From positions 44,683,460 through 44,747,459 of the forward strand of contig NC_068993.1 in NCBI RefSeq assembly GCF_001194135.2: a stretch of DNA of 64,000 bases, given 5' to 3'. The position numbers and the translations under genes are program-made. This document shows, one piece after another, positions 1 through 13,199 of the stretch (position 1 is its first letter; the number at the start of each line of letters is the position of its first letter). The stretch comes from Octopus bimaculoides. Its lineage: Eukaryota. The notes under the pieces are model-generated. The model saw only the letters and a list, made by a program, of their open reading frames with translations. It was not told the DNA's origin and searched no databases.

Positions 1-150
1 TGTGTATATACATATGTAGATGTGTGTGTGTGTATATACATATGTAGATATGTGTGTGTGTGTATATACATATGTAGATATGTGTGTGTGTGTGTATATA
101 CATATGTAGATATGTGTGTGTGTGTATATACATATGTAGATATACATGTG
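1..150. repeat. Compound minisatellite (TG)n-TATATACATATGTAGATA, ~30-bp unit
   Basis: Four to five tandem units visible directly. Confidence 0.9.
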
Positions 151-268
151 TGAGCGTGTCGGTGTAAATATGTGTGTGAAGTCTATCTATCTACACACAA
201 TGTGTGTGACTATAGGTTTGTATGTGATTACATAATTTCTGTGTTCAAATTGATGATACACATTTTTC

Positions 269-1246
269 AGTTTTTAAATATCATCTTTTCTCATTTTTTT
301 TTTTTTGGCAGAATGAAGCTCAAAGCATTTATATAGTTTTGTTAATTTTGTTGCATTGTTTGAATTAAACAAATGCAATTGTTCAAATGTTTACACTTGT
401 TTATATATATTTCTCTTTTGTTTCTCTGTGAAATTAATAGGAACCCTGTTATAAAGTTTATAGATACGCATGTTAATTCTTGAGTGTTTAGATTTTATAT
501 TTCATAACTAACATTTATCTTGAGAAACCCATCTAATTGCTAGAATACCAATTCTTATTGCTGTTGGGAGGATGGAAGTTGAATCGAATCTAGTCTGTTA
601 CTGATAGTTAATTCATTAATTACCTTATCAGCCTGCAATTAACTTGTCAGGCTGTCATTCCTCAAAGGAGATGAATTAAATTGTTCCCTCACTCGAATTT
701 AAACTCAACAGTCAGGTACCAAATTCAATACAATAGCGCCTTATGTTCTTGTCCAGTAACTTTTAGTGAAGTATGTTCATTTTCCCTCAAGAAGGATGCT
801 TCACCTTTGTGGGATGGTGAGATTTATGCATTTCTCCAGGAGTTGTGGGGGCATACTTCACTTTGGAATATCTGTGTTCCACTATACTTAACCGTAGATA
901 AATAATAGTGTTGATTTGTTTTTGACTAAGTAGAAGGCCTTGTGTTTAGAAAAGGAGCGAAATGGTGTTGTGGCGTCCATGCATTTCCCAGAGTCTGTTA
1001 AGTGGCCTTTAATTGCAGTTTCAAGGCATTTCAGGTTATTAGACGTAAAATGTCTTCAAGTTGTTTTCTAGTTTTTAGATATCATCTTTTCTCATTGTTT
1101 TTTTTCTGACAAAATGAAGCTCAAAGCATTTATATAGTTTTGTTAATTTTGTTGCATTGTTTGAATTAAACAAATGCAATTGTTCAAATGTTTACACTTG
1201 TATATATTTCTCTTTTGTTTCTCTGTGAAATTAATAGGAACCCTGT
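269..1246. repeat. ~180-bp direct repeat pair (269-449 and 1070-1246)
   Basis: Near-identical blocks AGTTTTTA.ATATCATCTTTTCTCATT...AATTAATAGGAACCCTGT. Confidence 0.9.
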
Positions 1247-1931
1247 CTCTCCTGGATGCTTCTTGCTTTTACTTCGGCTGTCGTCTTTAAAGTACACATG
1301 CAGTCAAATAATTACATAAACGAAGTTTATTACATAATTCTTGTTCCCTTGCCATTTCATTAATTTTATAGTACTTAATTCTGAAGTGTATGTATATTGA
1401 ATCCTATCGCTATGTCTAAACGGAATCTTTAAAATATATAAAAATTTTGGAAGAAAAAGTATAAATAATAAATAAGTGGAAATCGAACCGGTGTGTTAGA
1501 TAAGGCATTAAGACAATATGACTCTCCCCAGACACAGCATTAATGGATATATAATTGCGTAAATTGACACGGTCCCCGGAGAGATGAAAAGCAAAACTGA
1601 TCGCTGTAGGATCTGAAACAAGAAGTTATAGAGACTAGATCTATTTGCCCTTTTGATATTAACTCGCCTTAAGACTGACCCCAGTTTTACGATACAAATG
1701 TGTTTTCAAGTGATTTGAATTAAAACCACCCATGAAAATTTCATGTTAGTTTGTTTTCCAAATTACCAGCTTAATAACGACAAAGTTATTTTACTAAACT
1801 CTTCATAATTTTCAAAATTAGTTGAAACAAAAACTGTGTTTCAACAGAAATATGGTAATAAAAGGGTTAAAATGTTCCATCGGGCGTTCTTCAACAGAAC
1901 AAATTTCTGCAAATAAACGCCGGTTAGACAT

Positions 1932-1963
<32 letters not shown>

Positions 1964-2160
1964 NNNNNNNNNNNNNNNNNNNNNNNNNNNNNNNNNNNNN
2001 NNNNNNNNNNNNNNNNNNNNNNNNNNNNNNNNNNNNNNNNNNNNNNNNNNNNNNNNNNNNNNNNNNNNNNNNNNNNNNNNNNNNNNNNNNNNNNNNNNNN
2101 NNNNNNNNNNNNNNNNNNNNNNNNNNNNNNNNNNNNNNNNNNNNNNNNNNNNNNNNNNNN
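1964..2160. other. Assembly gap (N run)
   Basis: N characters. Other gaps at 4820-5091, 26750-26759 and 63136-63197. Confidence 0.99.
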
Positions 2161-2194
<34 letters not shown>

Positions 2195-2535
2195 TTATTT
2201 CTTTTACGTTATTCTAATGGAATTATTTCTTTGTTCCCATCGCTTGTGTTCTAGATGCCGTATTTCTACGAGTTATGTATCCCAACCGCATTATTCTACT
2301 CATGTTAGAGATTCGAAGTAAACTTGATTGATACAAACTCTTTGGGTGTGTTTTAATACTCTTTGCTTTTACATCGAGTTAACGATAAAAACAATTCAAC
2401 GTTAAACTGAAAGATTACTCAATACTTTTTGTAGAGTATATATTTATTATACGTTTACAAGATTGGTGATGACAATGACCTTGAAGTCACTGTCACTCCT
2501 ATTGTATATGTAAAATGATAATATTTATAAATAGT

Positions 2536-2755
2536 ATAAGAAAGTGAGATGATAAAGGAATAAACAATTATTTTATGAACTTCATTAGCTCACAGATGTT
2601 TCTGCTATGGAGTAACACCTTAACGCTTCATTGGAGCTATAAGGTGTTACTCAGGCACTCAACTACGAATCCACTGCATCTTATAGTTGAAACAGTTGTA
2701 AGCTAATGACGTTTATAAAATAATTGTTTATTCATTTGTCATCTCACTTCCTTAT
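2536..2755. mobile_element. Fold-back element with ~67-bp inverted arms, probably Penelope-like termini
   Basis: 2536-2602 is the imperfect reverse complement of 2689-2755, with a perfect 13-bp inner stem (2610-2622/2640-2652). The same arm sequence ends the Penelope RT remnant at ~57810-57870. Confidence 0.6.
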
Positions 2756-2934
2756 TACTGCTCTAAATATATAAATAATAATAATAATAATATATATATA
2801 TATATATATATATATGAAAGAAAGAAAGAAAGAGAAGACTTTGTCTTGTCCCTTTATGGCACCATTTATATCTAACTCGATGACATCAGGTGTTGTTTCA
2901 CTAGAACATGTATTTGTGGCAAATAATACTTTTC

Positions 2935-3725
2935 GTACATTATTTACAATAGATGGATAGGTGTCCTCGCCTTGTTTGTTGTTATCACAACATTTTGGTT
3001 GATGTACTCTCCAGCCTTCAGGTGTTCTGGTGGAATATCGAACCCAACTCTTTATTTGACTAATGGGGCACACTGTTCTCCTTCCTAAGGTATGTTGCTG
3101 ATTTTATTTTTCTGTTGATGCTGTTTTCTGTTGAGCAAAACCACCCATAGAAGAAAATATGACCCAAAACTGCGTGTACTCTATCCCATGCAGCTGTGGT
3201 AGGTTATGCAAAAGCAAAACATGCTGCCCCCTTAAAGTAAGGGTAGAGGAACATTGTAAAGCTGTGACACGAGGATATGTTGAAAAATCAGGTATAGTCA
3301 GTCATGTATGGTAAAACGGAGACCACTTCTCCCTGTGAGATGAAGTTAAAATAATTGACAGAGAACACCCCTGGAAGATATGAAAATTAAAAGAGGCTGC
3401 ACATATGTTAGGATGCAATAACCTCCTAAGCAGACCTAGTGGAGATATGAATGTAATAGGGGAACCAGTATTAAGAAAAGATAAAATACTAGGTTTATAA
3501 GCCCTAAAATTCACTCTATAATTGCCCAAAGGCATATAGTGTAGTGGATAAGAGCGCAGGCTACTAACCCTTAGATTCTAAGCTCAGTCCCAGGCAGGGA
3601 ATTGAAAACTAATATCAACAGAAAAATAAATATCAGCAACATACCTTAGAAATGAGAACAGTGTACCCCATTAGTCAAAGGGTTGGGTTCAAAATTCCAC
3701 CAGAACACCTAATGAAGGCTGTACA
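2935..3725 (+). mobile_element. Penelope-like element remnant: decayed GIY-YIG endonuclease flanked by inverted pseudo-LTR copies
   Basis: ~3135-3495 translates with stops as NCVYSIPCSCGRLCKSKT..LKVRVEEH..KSGIVSHVW..DEVKIIDREHPWK..LKEAAH, a GIY-YIG pattern. ~3005-3127 (minus) is an inverted copy of ~3605-3720. Confidence 0.8.
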
Positions 3726-5197
3726 TAATCACTCATCTAAAAAATATAGAATAATACTTTTAGTGTTGAAGAAATTAAATAGCTGCCAAACTAAGTCCAT
3801 GACCTGGTTTAGATTCCCAGATGCAGCTAGTTTACTTTGCTTGTGTTATAAAGTTCACGATTCTTTTTCTCTATATTCCACTAATACTTTTGGTTTAAGC
3901 CTTCCCAAGGAAAACTGTAGATGTCTGAAATTTTCATCCTCTTTTAAACACTGACAGTCAAGACACAACAGACTATACATTGAAGTGTTTAAACATGCAA
4001 TTTCCTTGAAGGAATTGTTTTTGTTTCAAAATTACTTAATATTTATTTTTCAAACAGTGTCGCAGATTTTATATAACATAACAAAATGTGTGGGTAAAGT
4101 ATTTTGTCATTCTAGATCAGGCTTAAACCTTATCTAGAACACTGAAAAATAATGAACATTGAAAAATAATTACTTTTCAGCAATGTGAACAGTGGAAAAT
4201 AATTACTTTTCAGCAACCACCAGATACTTTGCCATAGTTTATTTTTCCTGTTGATTTAACATTTTATTTCTATTATTTTTCTCTTATACTTGTTTCAGTC
4301 ATTGGATTGTGGTCATGCTGGAGCATCGCCTTGAAGTGTTTAGTTGAACAAAGCATCCCCAAAACTTATTTTAGATCTTCTGTGTTTGGCTGCCACTTCT
4401 CAATTTCTTCAATTCTTGTTCCATTGATTTCATATTTGGTGTATTGGTGTAATTTTGTAAAGTAATCATTGACATGAAATTCATTTTTGCCATAAATCAA
4501 TAAATAAAGAATTAATAGCTTTTAAAGTTTGCAAATTTTGGGTAATTTTAGTCAATTGAAAGTCACAGACATAGGTATCTGCTTCCATAATAAGCCAATC
4601 TTTTACCAAGCTGCTTACCCACGTTCTTGTTGTTGTTTATTAAATACTTAAAATGCATGCAGTATGAGTTGGTCATGAGATGTGCTAAAAATAACAGTTA
4701 AATAGGCCTTAACTCCTGCACCAAAATTTTTTCTTTGATTTTTGCATTATTGCTTGAATTTCCATGTACAAAAAGCAAATTCACAAACATTTTCTGAAAA
4801 TTCCAAAAAATAAAAAAAANNNNNNNNNNNNNNNNNNNNNNNNNNNNNNNNNNNNNNNNNNNNNNNNNNNNNNNNNNNNNNNNNNNNNNNNNNNNNNNNN
4901 NNNNNNNNNNNNNNNNNNNNNNNNNNNNNNNNNNNNNNNNNNNNNNNNNNNNNNNNNNNNNNNNNNNNNNNNNNNNNNNNNNNNNNNNNNNNNNNNNNNN
5001 NNNNNNNNNNNNNNNNNNNNNNNNNNNNNNNNNNNNNNNNNNNNNNNNNNNNNNNNNNNNNNNNNNNNNNNNNNNNNNNNNNNNNNNNNNNATATCAGTC
5101 TGTTTTGTTGGAATGCTGAGCTAGTGAACATAAATCAACACCAGTTGTCTAGCATGTGGGGAGGGCACAAACACTAAAACAGATGCACAAATATATA

Positions 5198-5253
<56 letters not shown>

Positions 5254-5721
5254 GGGCCTACACATAGTTTTGGTTTACCAAGTTCACCCACAAAGGTTTG
5301 ATCTGCCTGGAGCTATTGTAGAAGACACTTACACAAGATTCTGCGCAGTAGGACTGAACCTAAAACCACATGGTTGCAAAGTGAGCTTCTTAACCATAAA
5401 GCCAACCTGTCCCATTTTTTTTTTATCCTTAATAAATTGCTTGCATTTCAAGAAGCATTCTCTTAGACCATCAAATGGTTCTGAATAACATTAATGTAGC
5501 GAACATAAAGTTTTAAGAGGTTTACAGAAAGGAACACATAAAATGTAGGAGGTATGCAGGACATATGTGAATAAATGAAGTGGCTGCAACAAATAATTTT
5601 GTGAAGACACAGAATAAAGGATCAAAGGTCAGATGAGCAGTTTCTATTATAGCATTAGTAAAAGTGGCAAAAAGAGGAATCTTACAATATATCAGGAGGA
5701 TTAGTGTCCAAAAGGTATTAA

Positions 5722-5941
5722 CCCTTTTGTTACCATATTTCTGTTGAGATGCTCTGTTTCTTTCAGTTAATTTTAAATATAACAAAAAATTGAGTAAAAT
5801 AACTTAGCTATCATTAAGCTAGTGTTAGGAACATAAACTGTAACTAAGGTTTGGTGGAAGATTTTGATTCAGAACTTTTGAAAACAAGACATTTGTACTA
5901 TAAAGCCTGAGGCAGTTTCAGGTGGGTTGGTGTCAAAAGGG
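5722..5941. mobile_element. TTAA-flanked MITE family P1 (piggyBac-like ends)
   Basis: TTAA|CCCTTTTG...CAAAAGGG|TTAA. Further copies at ~1650-1867, 15760-15979, 28085-28256 and 55214-55433. Confidence 0.75.
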
Positions 5942-6821
5942 TTAAAGTGGAAAATTTGTTGATCAGGTGAAAGGCATACAAATGCAATCTTGCATACTTA
6001 TGATGTGAGAAAATGCATCTGCCTACATATAAACTTATACCTCATACTGGTGTATACTCTACATATTAATAAGTCTTCTGAGTGCAAGTATTTCACTTTA
6101 TAAAGATTCAATATAAAAGTAAAAAACCTAATCCTAATTCAACTTGGTTGAAAACAGAAAGATCTAGAATTCAAAGTACACATTTATTCACTGCATGCAA
6201 AATAAGTTCTCCTCTTTGTAACTATGTGTTCAAGTTAGTGGCTAACTGCATTTCTACCAACTTCCAACAATCTTGCATCCTTCCCCTACTCAATCCAAAT
6301 AGCTGTTTGTAGCACCATCTGGCTGCCAAGTTTTTTTTAAAATTGACTATCTGTTTTACCTCCAATTTTTCCCTCAATTCAATCAAATCACATTCAGATG
6401 AAATTTTCTCTGCCATTCTGTCTTCTGTTTTCCTCAGCCATTAAGTTTGTAATGTTAAATCCAAGGTCCAAAATAAAACCCAAGCAATGCACTCTATGAT
6501 TTGCTAATGCTATTATCAAATTTTTCAGTTGTTTTTCTCAGTGGTAATTTAGCCAGAATTCTTGATTCTTGCAGCAGTAAACTTCATCTCTTAGAAAGAA
6601 AGTTATTGACACTAATAGCTATTAGCATACTGTCCATACCTATTATATTAAAAGCGAAGGGGAAAAATCATTGTTGTTTACATAACTTTAAATCTCTCTC
6701 TCTCTCTCTCTCTCTCTATGATAGTTTGATTTCTGAGCCCATGACCATGAAACAAAAATGACACATGTACTAGTAAGAAGCCAATTATATTTTTATAGTT
6801 CAATATGGTTATTCAGGTGTC

Positions 6822-7010
6822 AACCATCATCATTGTTTAACGTCCACTTTCCATGCTGGCATGGGCTGGACGATTTGACTGAAGACTGGTGAACCAGATG
6901 ACTGTACCAGGCTCCAATCTGATCTGGCAGAGTTTCTACGGCTGGATGCCCTTCCTAATGCCAACCACTCCGGGAGTGTAGTGGGTGCTTTTACGTGCCA
7001 TCAGCACAAG
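6822..7010 (-). mobile_element. RTE 3' end fragment
   Basis: Reverse complement of the 3' end at ~14130-14313. Confidence 0.8.
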
Positions 7011-7731
7011 GGCAAATCTTTCCCTTTTTTGGTGAGGATGTAGTCAATTTGGCTAGTGTGTCTGCTAGAACGGTAGGTGACTAGGTGACTGGCAGGTTTC
7101 CTGAAGTTAGTATTGCAAACCATAAGGTCAATATATCTAATACTAAATAGTTAAAGGTATCAGAGACAGTATACATAATTTGGTAGCAATGCAAGATTAA
7201 TGATAAACAAATTGATAAACAAAATAAGCATGAAATAAAAATATAGATATTGAGAAAATTGGTTGAAGACAGAAGCACTGCATCATCTGACAACAAAAAT
7301 AGAACTGAGTTAGCATTCTCAGTCTTTGGTTTCTGTAATTGATGTGTTTAACAACAAGCTGTCTCATTACACATCAAAATCCCCATCAAACATCTGTATT
7401 TTTTGTTTTGCTGTATGGTATTGAATGTAGGACATTGCTCCATGGTGATAGGGATATTCTGGTGGTCTTTTTAATAATTTGACTGAACCCTTGTACTGCC
7501 ATGGACTAACCCTCTGTAATATCATATTTCACAAATTTACTTTTGCTTGCTGACCCTTCCTGAATGAAGTTAAAACCAGTGGCTATACTGGTATGGTCTT
7601 AGATAGATCATTCAAGGTTGCTATATAAACTACATACTTATCATATGCAATAAGAATGGAGAATACATAAAAGATTGCTAAAAAAACATCTGGAGAAACT
7701 AAAAATAACTATTGTTAACTATAAAATTGAG

Positions 7732-7968
7732 GGTGGTGAGCTGGCAGAAATGTTAGCACACCGGGCGAAATGCTTAGCGGTATTTCGTCTGCTGTTATGT
7801 TCTGAGTTCAAATTCCGCCGAGGTCGACTTTGCCTTTCATCCTTTCGGGGTCAATAAATTAAATACCAGTTACATACTGGGGTCGATGTAATCGACATAA
7901 TCCCTTTGTCTGTCCTTGTTTGTCCCCTCTATGTTTAGCCCCTTGTGGGCAATAAAGAAATAAGAAAC
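7732..7968 (+). mobile_element. SINE family A (GGYGGTGAGCTGGCAGAA head; central TTTGCCTTTCATCCTTTCGGGGTC motif, Deu/Nin-domain-like)
   Basis: Multicopy in this window. Other copies at ~16128-16310 (+), 16835-17048 (+), 19770-19975 (-), 22805-23005 (-), 40390-40995 (-, split), 41645-41840 (-), 53520-53690 (+) and 53724-53940 (+). Confidence 0.8.
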
Positions 7969-10717
7969 TAAAGATAACAATTACTGAACATCTGGCAAAA
8001 TAGTAGCTGAGGAAGGAAATTATCCATGAGTCTTGGGTCTACAAAAGGTAGAGGTGGATCAAAAAACCCTCTTAATCACTCCCTGCTTAAAGAATCCATT
8101 ATAATTGAAAAAAATAGCAATAATTACTTTCAATCCAAGCATAAAGAGTTAGGATACTTGTATTTCTTGTAATAGAATTTTATTTGATATACCTTGGGCA
8201 ATTGTCTCCTAATATATCCCTGGGCCATCCAAAGCTTTGGGTATTGATTTGGTAGACAAAAACTGAAAGAAGCACCCATTGTGTGTGTTGTGTCCTTGTT
8301 TTGACAGTGTGATTGTTGTAATTGAATGTCATTCATTTCCAATACTCTATGAAAACATGGGGAAATATTACCTTGCTTGGAAGCAGGTATGGTTTGGTGA
8401 CAGGAAGTGCATCTAGCCATTGAAATTTGTCCTAATAAACCTTGTCTGACCCATGCAAGCATGGAAAAGTGGATGTTAAACTGATGATGATGATGACTAG
8501 TAAAGCACAAGAACATGCTTTCATCAGTGGTCAGAGAACTAATGTAAAAAATAATTCATCAATGCATAAAGTTTAATATTCATTTAATTAGAATTAATAC
8601 TTCTTATATAATTTTCTGAATTTCCAGCTTTAGGGATGTTGTACATTAATAAATCATAAGAAAGATGGAGTGTCAGAAACATTACAGCGCCAGATTAAAT
8701 GTCTTAGATATTTTAATTCCAACCTTCTATATATAGAATTTATCTCTTCTCCAGGATCAATTTTTGTTTCTCATCCATCTGGGAAACAAATAACTGGCAG
8801 CTATTATATATGATGGTAATTCAGTTAATTCTACCCATCTTATACAAATTTGTTGTCTTGAGCCAAAGAAAAAAGTCATCATTATAACTGTGTTATAACA
8901 TTCTAGAAACCACACAAAGAGTTATCCATGAAAATAGCTTACATCTTTAAAAAGAAAAAAAACATTCAAAACCACCAGTAACTGCAATAACAAATAAGTT
9001 AATCTAAAGTTTAAAAAATGAAGCAACAATCAAATTTTATAACTTTTTTTGTTTTTGCCTTGATAATTTTCAGAGATTTGTTACATTAGGCTTGTTGGTG
9101 GATTGGTCATTTAAAGATACTCAAAGAAGATTAATATTTGAATATATTAGAATAAATACTGCCTTTGAAGCACCACATTAAGGATGTACTAGAAAGGTAC
9201 GATAGAGTACCTAGTATCTGTAGTTATCTGGAAAGCAGTAAAAATACAAAAGAATTTCTAGTTAATTCATGAATAAGTAAAGTCATGATTTCAGCAGTGG
9301 GTCATACAGCTTTATGTCACTGAAACTGTTCATAAGTTTACTTATCAGTTGATTACAGGAAATTCATCATATTCATAATTTTACATCCATTTTTTCTATG
9401 CTTGCATGGGTTGGGTGGGTCTTCTGTAGCACAGTATTTCACCTTTTATGGTTGTTTGTCATCTCCTTCATGAGGTTTAGCCTTAACCCTTCTACTCATG
9501 TCTTCCTCTTTTGTTGGTTCCTTTCCCTTAGATCACTTGACCCTCCCTTACTCAACATTCATCTTTCGTGTACATCACATGCCCATAACTGTACAGTCTC
9601 TTTTATATATTATGTCTGATTTCTCAGATAAAGTCTAAGGAACTACAAATTTTTTGCAACTGAATATTTCAAACATTTGGAAGACATGTTAGATATGTAC
9701 CAATAAAGATTATGGATGAAGAAATTCTCTTCTTCACCTATAAAATTTTCCGGGATTAGATTCATTTTGTAGATATTATCCTAAAGGTTAGAGACTGCCA
9801 AATAAGGCAAAAAGAAATTTTAGCCAAAGTTGAAGCTGAGCTGGTCAGCCTTTCATAGCTGAAAGTATATTTTGGCTTTTTAAAATTACACTGATTAACG
9901 CTGTCTCTGAACTTGTTAGCCTGTTCCTTCCATCATACTAAATTGTTAAAGAGAAATGAAAGGTAGATTTAACAACTTAATATATAGGAATGCCTGGATC
10001 TAAGTTATCTTGTGCTGCAACTTAAAATCCTTAGAACAATGATGTCAAATATTGTACCAAAAGCAAAATGTCCATAGCTAACACATAAAAATTCATGAAT
10101 GGAGCTTAGAATTTTAACATATTTTTAGAAACTGGTCTTAATTTGGAGAAGTAAATCCACCAACACTTAGATTTTTTGATTTAAAAACGTTTATGGTTTT
10201 ATCTTTGAACACAAAAACCATTATTAGTAATATTTATTCTTAGAAGGGGTGATCCAATGACAAGTGCAGCAAGAATTTAAAGATCAAGTACTTTTTGAAC
10301 TGGATTCAGAGTACAATAATATTTTATGCTCTTCAGAACTGGTTTCATTTTTCTGATATCCATAGTGTTTCTCTCCCTACACTCTACACCAAATACTATA
10401 TGCAATACTTCATTTCAAGTCAAGTTCACCTATCTTGTAGGAATCCTTTTCCATGTGCCCCCTTCCAATACTTTGGATCAAATTTTTTACTTCACTAGTC
10501 TCAGTTGTTTTTTTTTTATGTGTGTTCTCAAATAAATGCCTATTCAGACCATGGCTATTACCCTCTCTTCCTTGAATACAATGATAAGATGTCTTTATGA
10601 AATAAATTAACTTCTACTTTATATTCAAAATTTGCTGTACTGTGTATGTATCCACACACTCTTATACATTAATAAATGTATGTGTGTTTATGTGTATCTC
10701 GTTTCAGAAAAGCCATT

Positions 10718-11205
10718 ATGAGTAAAATTAAAAAAGTTGCCAGTTTTACTGTATTTTGTAATGATTATAAAAATCGACTGACAACAGCCTATCCTTTTCT
10801 GACGCTGGATCAGATACAACAGAAACTAAGAGAAAAGTGGAATGATTTAAGTCTTTCTGAAAAGAAATATTACAGTAAAGCTGTGCTCTGTCAACCTATG
10901 CCAAAAAGCAGCTCAAAGAAAAAGTTCTGCAAACAAAAGAGAAGCAAGCCAACAAAACCTGAGAGTAACAGTCAACACCATAATTTAAATGAGTTAAATC
11001 TTTATGAAGATGATTTGTCTGGACCATCTGATGAAAATGAGGACAAGGTTTTCACAAGTTCTAGTCCAACTGAAGAATCATCTTCATCATCATTTCAAAG
11101 AAACAATAGTAAGACATACATGGCTTCCAGATTGAAGTTCAGCTACTCTGTTCCAGTGGTAGTTGATGAAACTCCTTTTGTACAGCAGGGAATCTTAAAG
11201 AAAAG
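10718..11205 (+). CDS. HMG-box protein, coding exon 1 (MSKIKKVASFTVFCNDYKNRLTTAYPFLTLDQIQQKLREKWNDLSLSEKKYY...)
   Basis: Acceptor tttcag at 10702-10707, ATG at 10718, donor AG|gtaatt after 11205 (phase 2). The F..F....R......P......I.+.L.EKW..LS..EK..Y pattern matches the HMG-box signature. Confidence 0.85.
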
Positions 11206-12806
11206 GTAATTCATTTCTTCATTTATTCAATTACTTCAATTTGAATTATTGTTACAAAGAAGCATTGGTGTAAGGTAGCATAGGAGCCTACAGAATAAAA
11301 CAAATACAAATATATTTGTGGTTTCAGTTGGTTCAGAATACATTACATCTTGCTTTTTTGTTAATCAATTATTAGTATTTTACAATAGCCTGTCAGGTTT
11401 GAACTGTAACTTTTTCTGTTATTATTCTCCATCAGTTTCAATGATGTTGGTGAAGTTGCTGGCATTGGATGGATAAATCTGCAATATAGCATTTTTTTTT
11501 ATATATATATGAACAACCAGTGTTACTAAATGCTAATATTTTCTTACATATGTATGAAATCTCAGATTCTGTAAAGTAGAGGAAATGATAATTTGTGATG
11601 TTGAATCCTTTTTATCAAGAGCATTTATGACATAAATAAAAATGTTTGTAACTATAAATCAAAACTGAAATGTAGATTTTGTTCACCAGGAATTTATTAG
11701 TGCATTGAAAAAGTTAGAGAAAGAGAAAAGTATGTAAATCAAAAATGGTATACATCTGGTAGCTTCCCAGTAAAGCACGTTCACTTTCACAGTGTTTGTT
11801 GGATATTTGGTTAATGTGTGTGTGTCTATGTGTGTTCATGTAAAATTTTAATTTATTTTGTTCAAAGATAATTTCAGTACATATGGCAGATTGAACATGG
11901 TAGGTGTTAAATATATAATTTATCTAAAGATTAAGAATGTTAACCAATCAAGGTTTTGTGCTTATTGAGTCACATGAACTGAATTTTTAACTGAATCATC
12001 AAAAACTATATACAAATATTAGCATTTGGAATAGTATAATTTCTCACTAGATTTATATACTGTGTGATTGAGTTTTATATATAAACTTTGTGTGGGAGTA
12101 CTTTTTGAATTTCTTATAAGTTTTTACAATAGGCACAGTACTTTAAATTTATAAATGAAAATTGTGTGATATTCAAGCTTTTATTATAACTATTTATAGC
12201 ATAAGTGAAATGAAGTAAATGGCTCAACGGTGGAATTGAAACTGGGTCATGAATCTAACTAACAAAGAGGTTATCTCTATTCTATAGTACTCGACACTTT
12301 ATTTTGATGTTGTAATCTTTTATTTTGTATGATAGCATAACATCTATTTTTATTCATAGCTGAATGTTATAAAATATCTAAGAGCTGGTCATCTAATCTT
12401 TTTAGAAGGATTTTTGGTTTAGTTCTGTTTCAGGGATTAATATTCTCTTGGATTTCAGTTGGTGTGTTGTTGAAGTAACACACAATCAAAGCAGATTAAA
12501 GTAATGGTGTTGAAGAAGAAAGATTTAATCTAATGCATTACAATGGGGGCTAGTGAGCAGTGTACTGTTTGTGCATCAATAATAACTACATGTTGTCTAC
12601 TGATATAAAGTAAAAATATCATCTCTAACAAGGAAACAGCTAGTGGGTATATAATTAAAATGTGATCAGTTGCAGATTTAAGTTTACGAAACAATTGTAA
12701 ATAACTGCTCCAATTTAAATATTTTCTTTGTTTTTTGTTGTTATGAAGTTAAATAATTTAGATAGAATTTCAGTAGCCTTGATATAAAATATAAACTTAT
12801 ATATAT

Positions 12807-13199
12807 TGTGGAGGGAACATGTGGAATGAAGTGGTGAGAAAGGATCTTCAGATGTTGGGCCTCACAGAGGGGATGACAAAAGGCCATGACTTCTAGCACT
12901 TTGCTGTGCATGAGAAGACACGTCAAGCTAAGTAAAATCATGGTTGCCCTTACGTACAGGCACGTTCCCTACATCCCTCTTCAGCTGAGTGATCTTAATC
13001 TTGTGGGCTCATGGGTGCTTGTGTCACATAAAAAGCACCTGTGCTGGTGCTGCGTATAAGGCACCCAGTACACTCTGTAAAGTGGTTGGCATTAGGAAGG
13101 GCATCCAGCCCTAGAAACCATACCAAATCAAACATGGATCCCAGGCAGTTCTTTAGCTGGCTAGTATGGAAAATGAACATTAAATGATGATGATGATGA
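12807..13199 (+). mobile_element. 5'-truncated RTE-clade LINE
   Basis: Encodes a decayed ORF2 C-terminus (TCGMKW/W.EVVRKDLQMLGLTE), then the family 3' UTR and a (TGA)n tail. Confidence 0.7.

Noticed and set aside
4764-5177. ORFs spanning X runs
   Set aside because: They are open only because of N-gaps; likewise 62971-63234.
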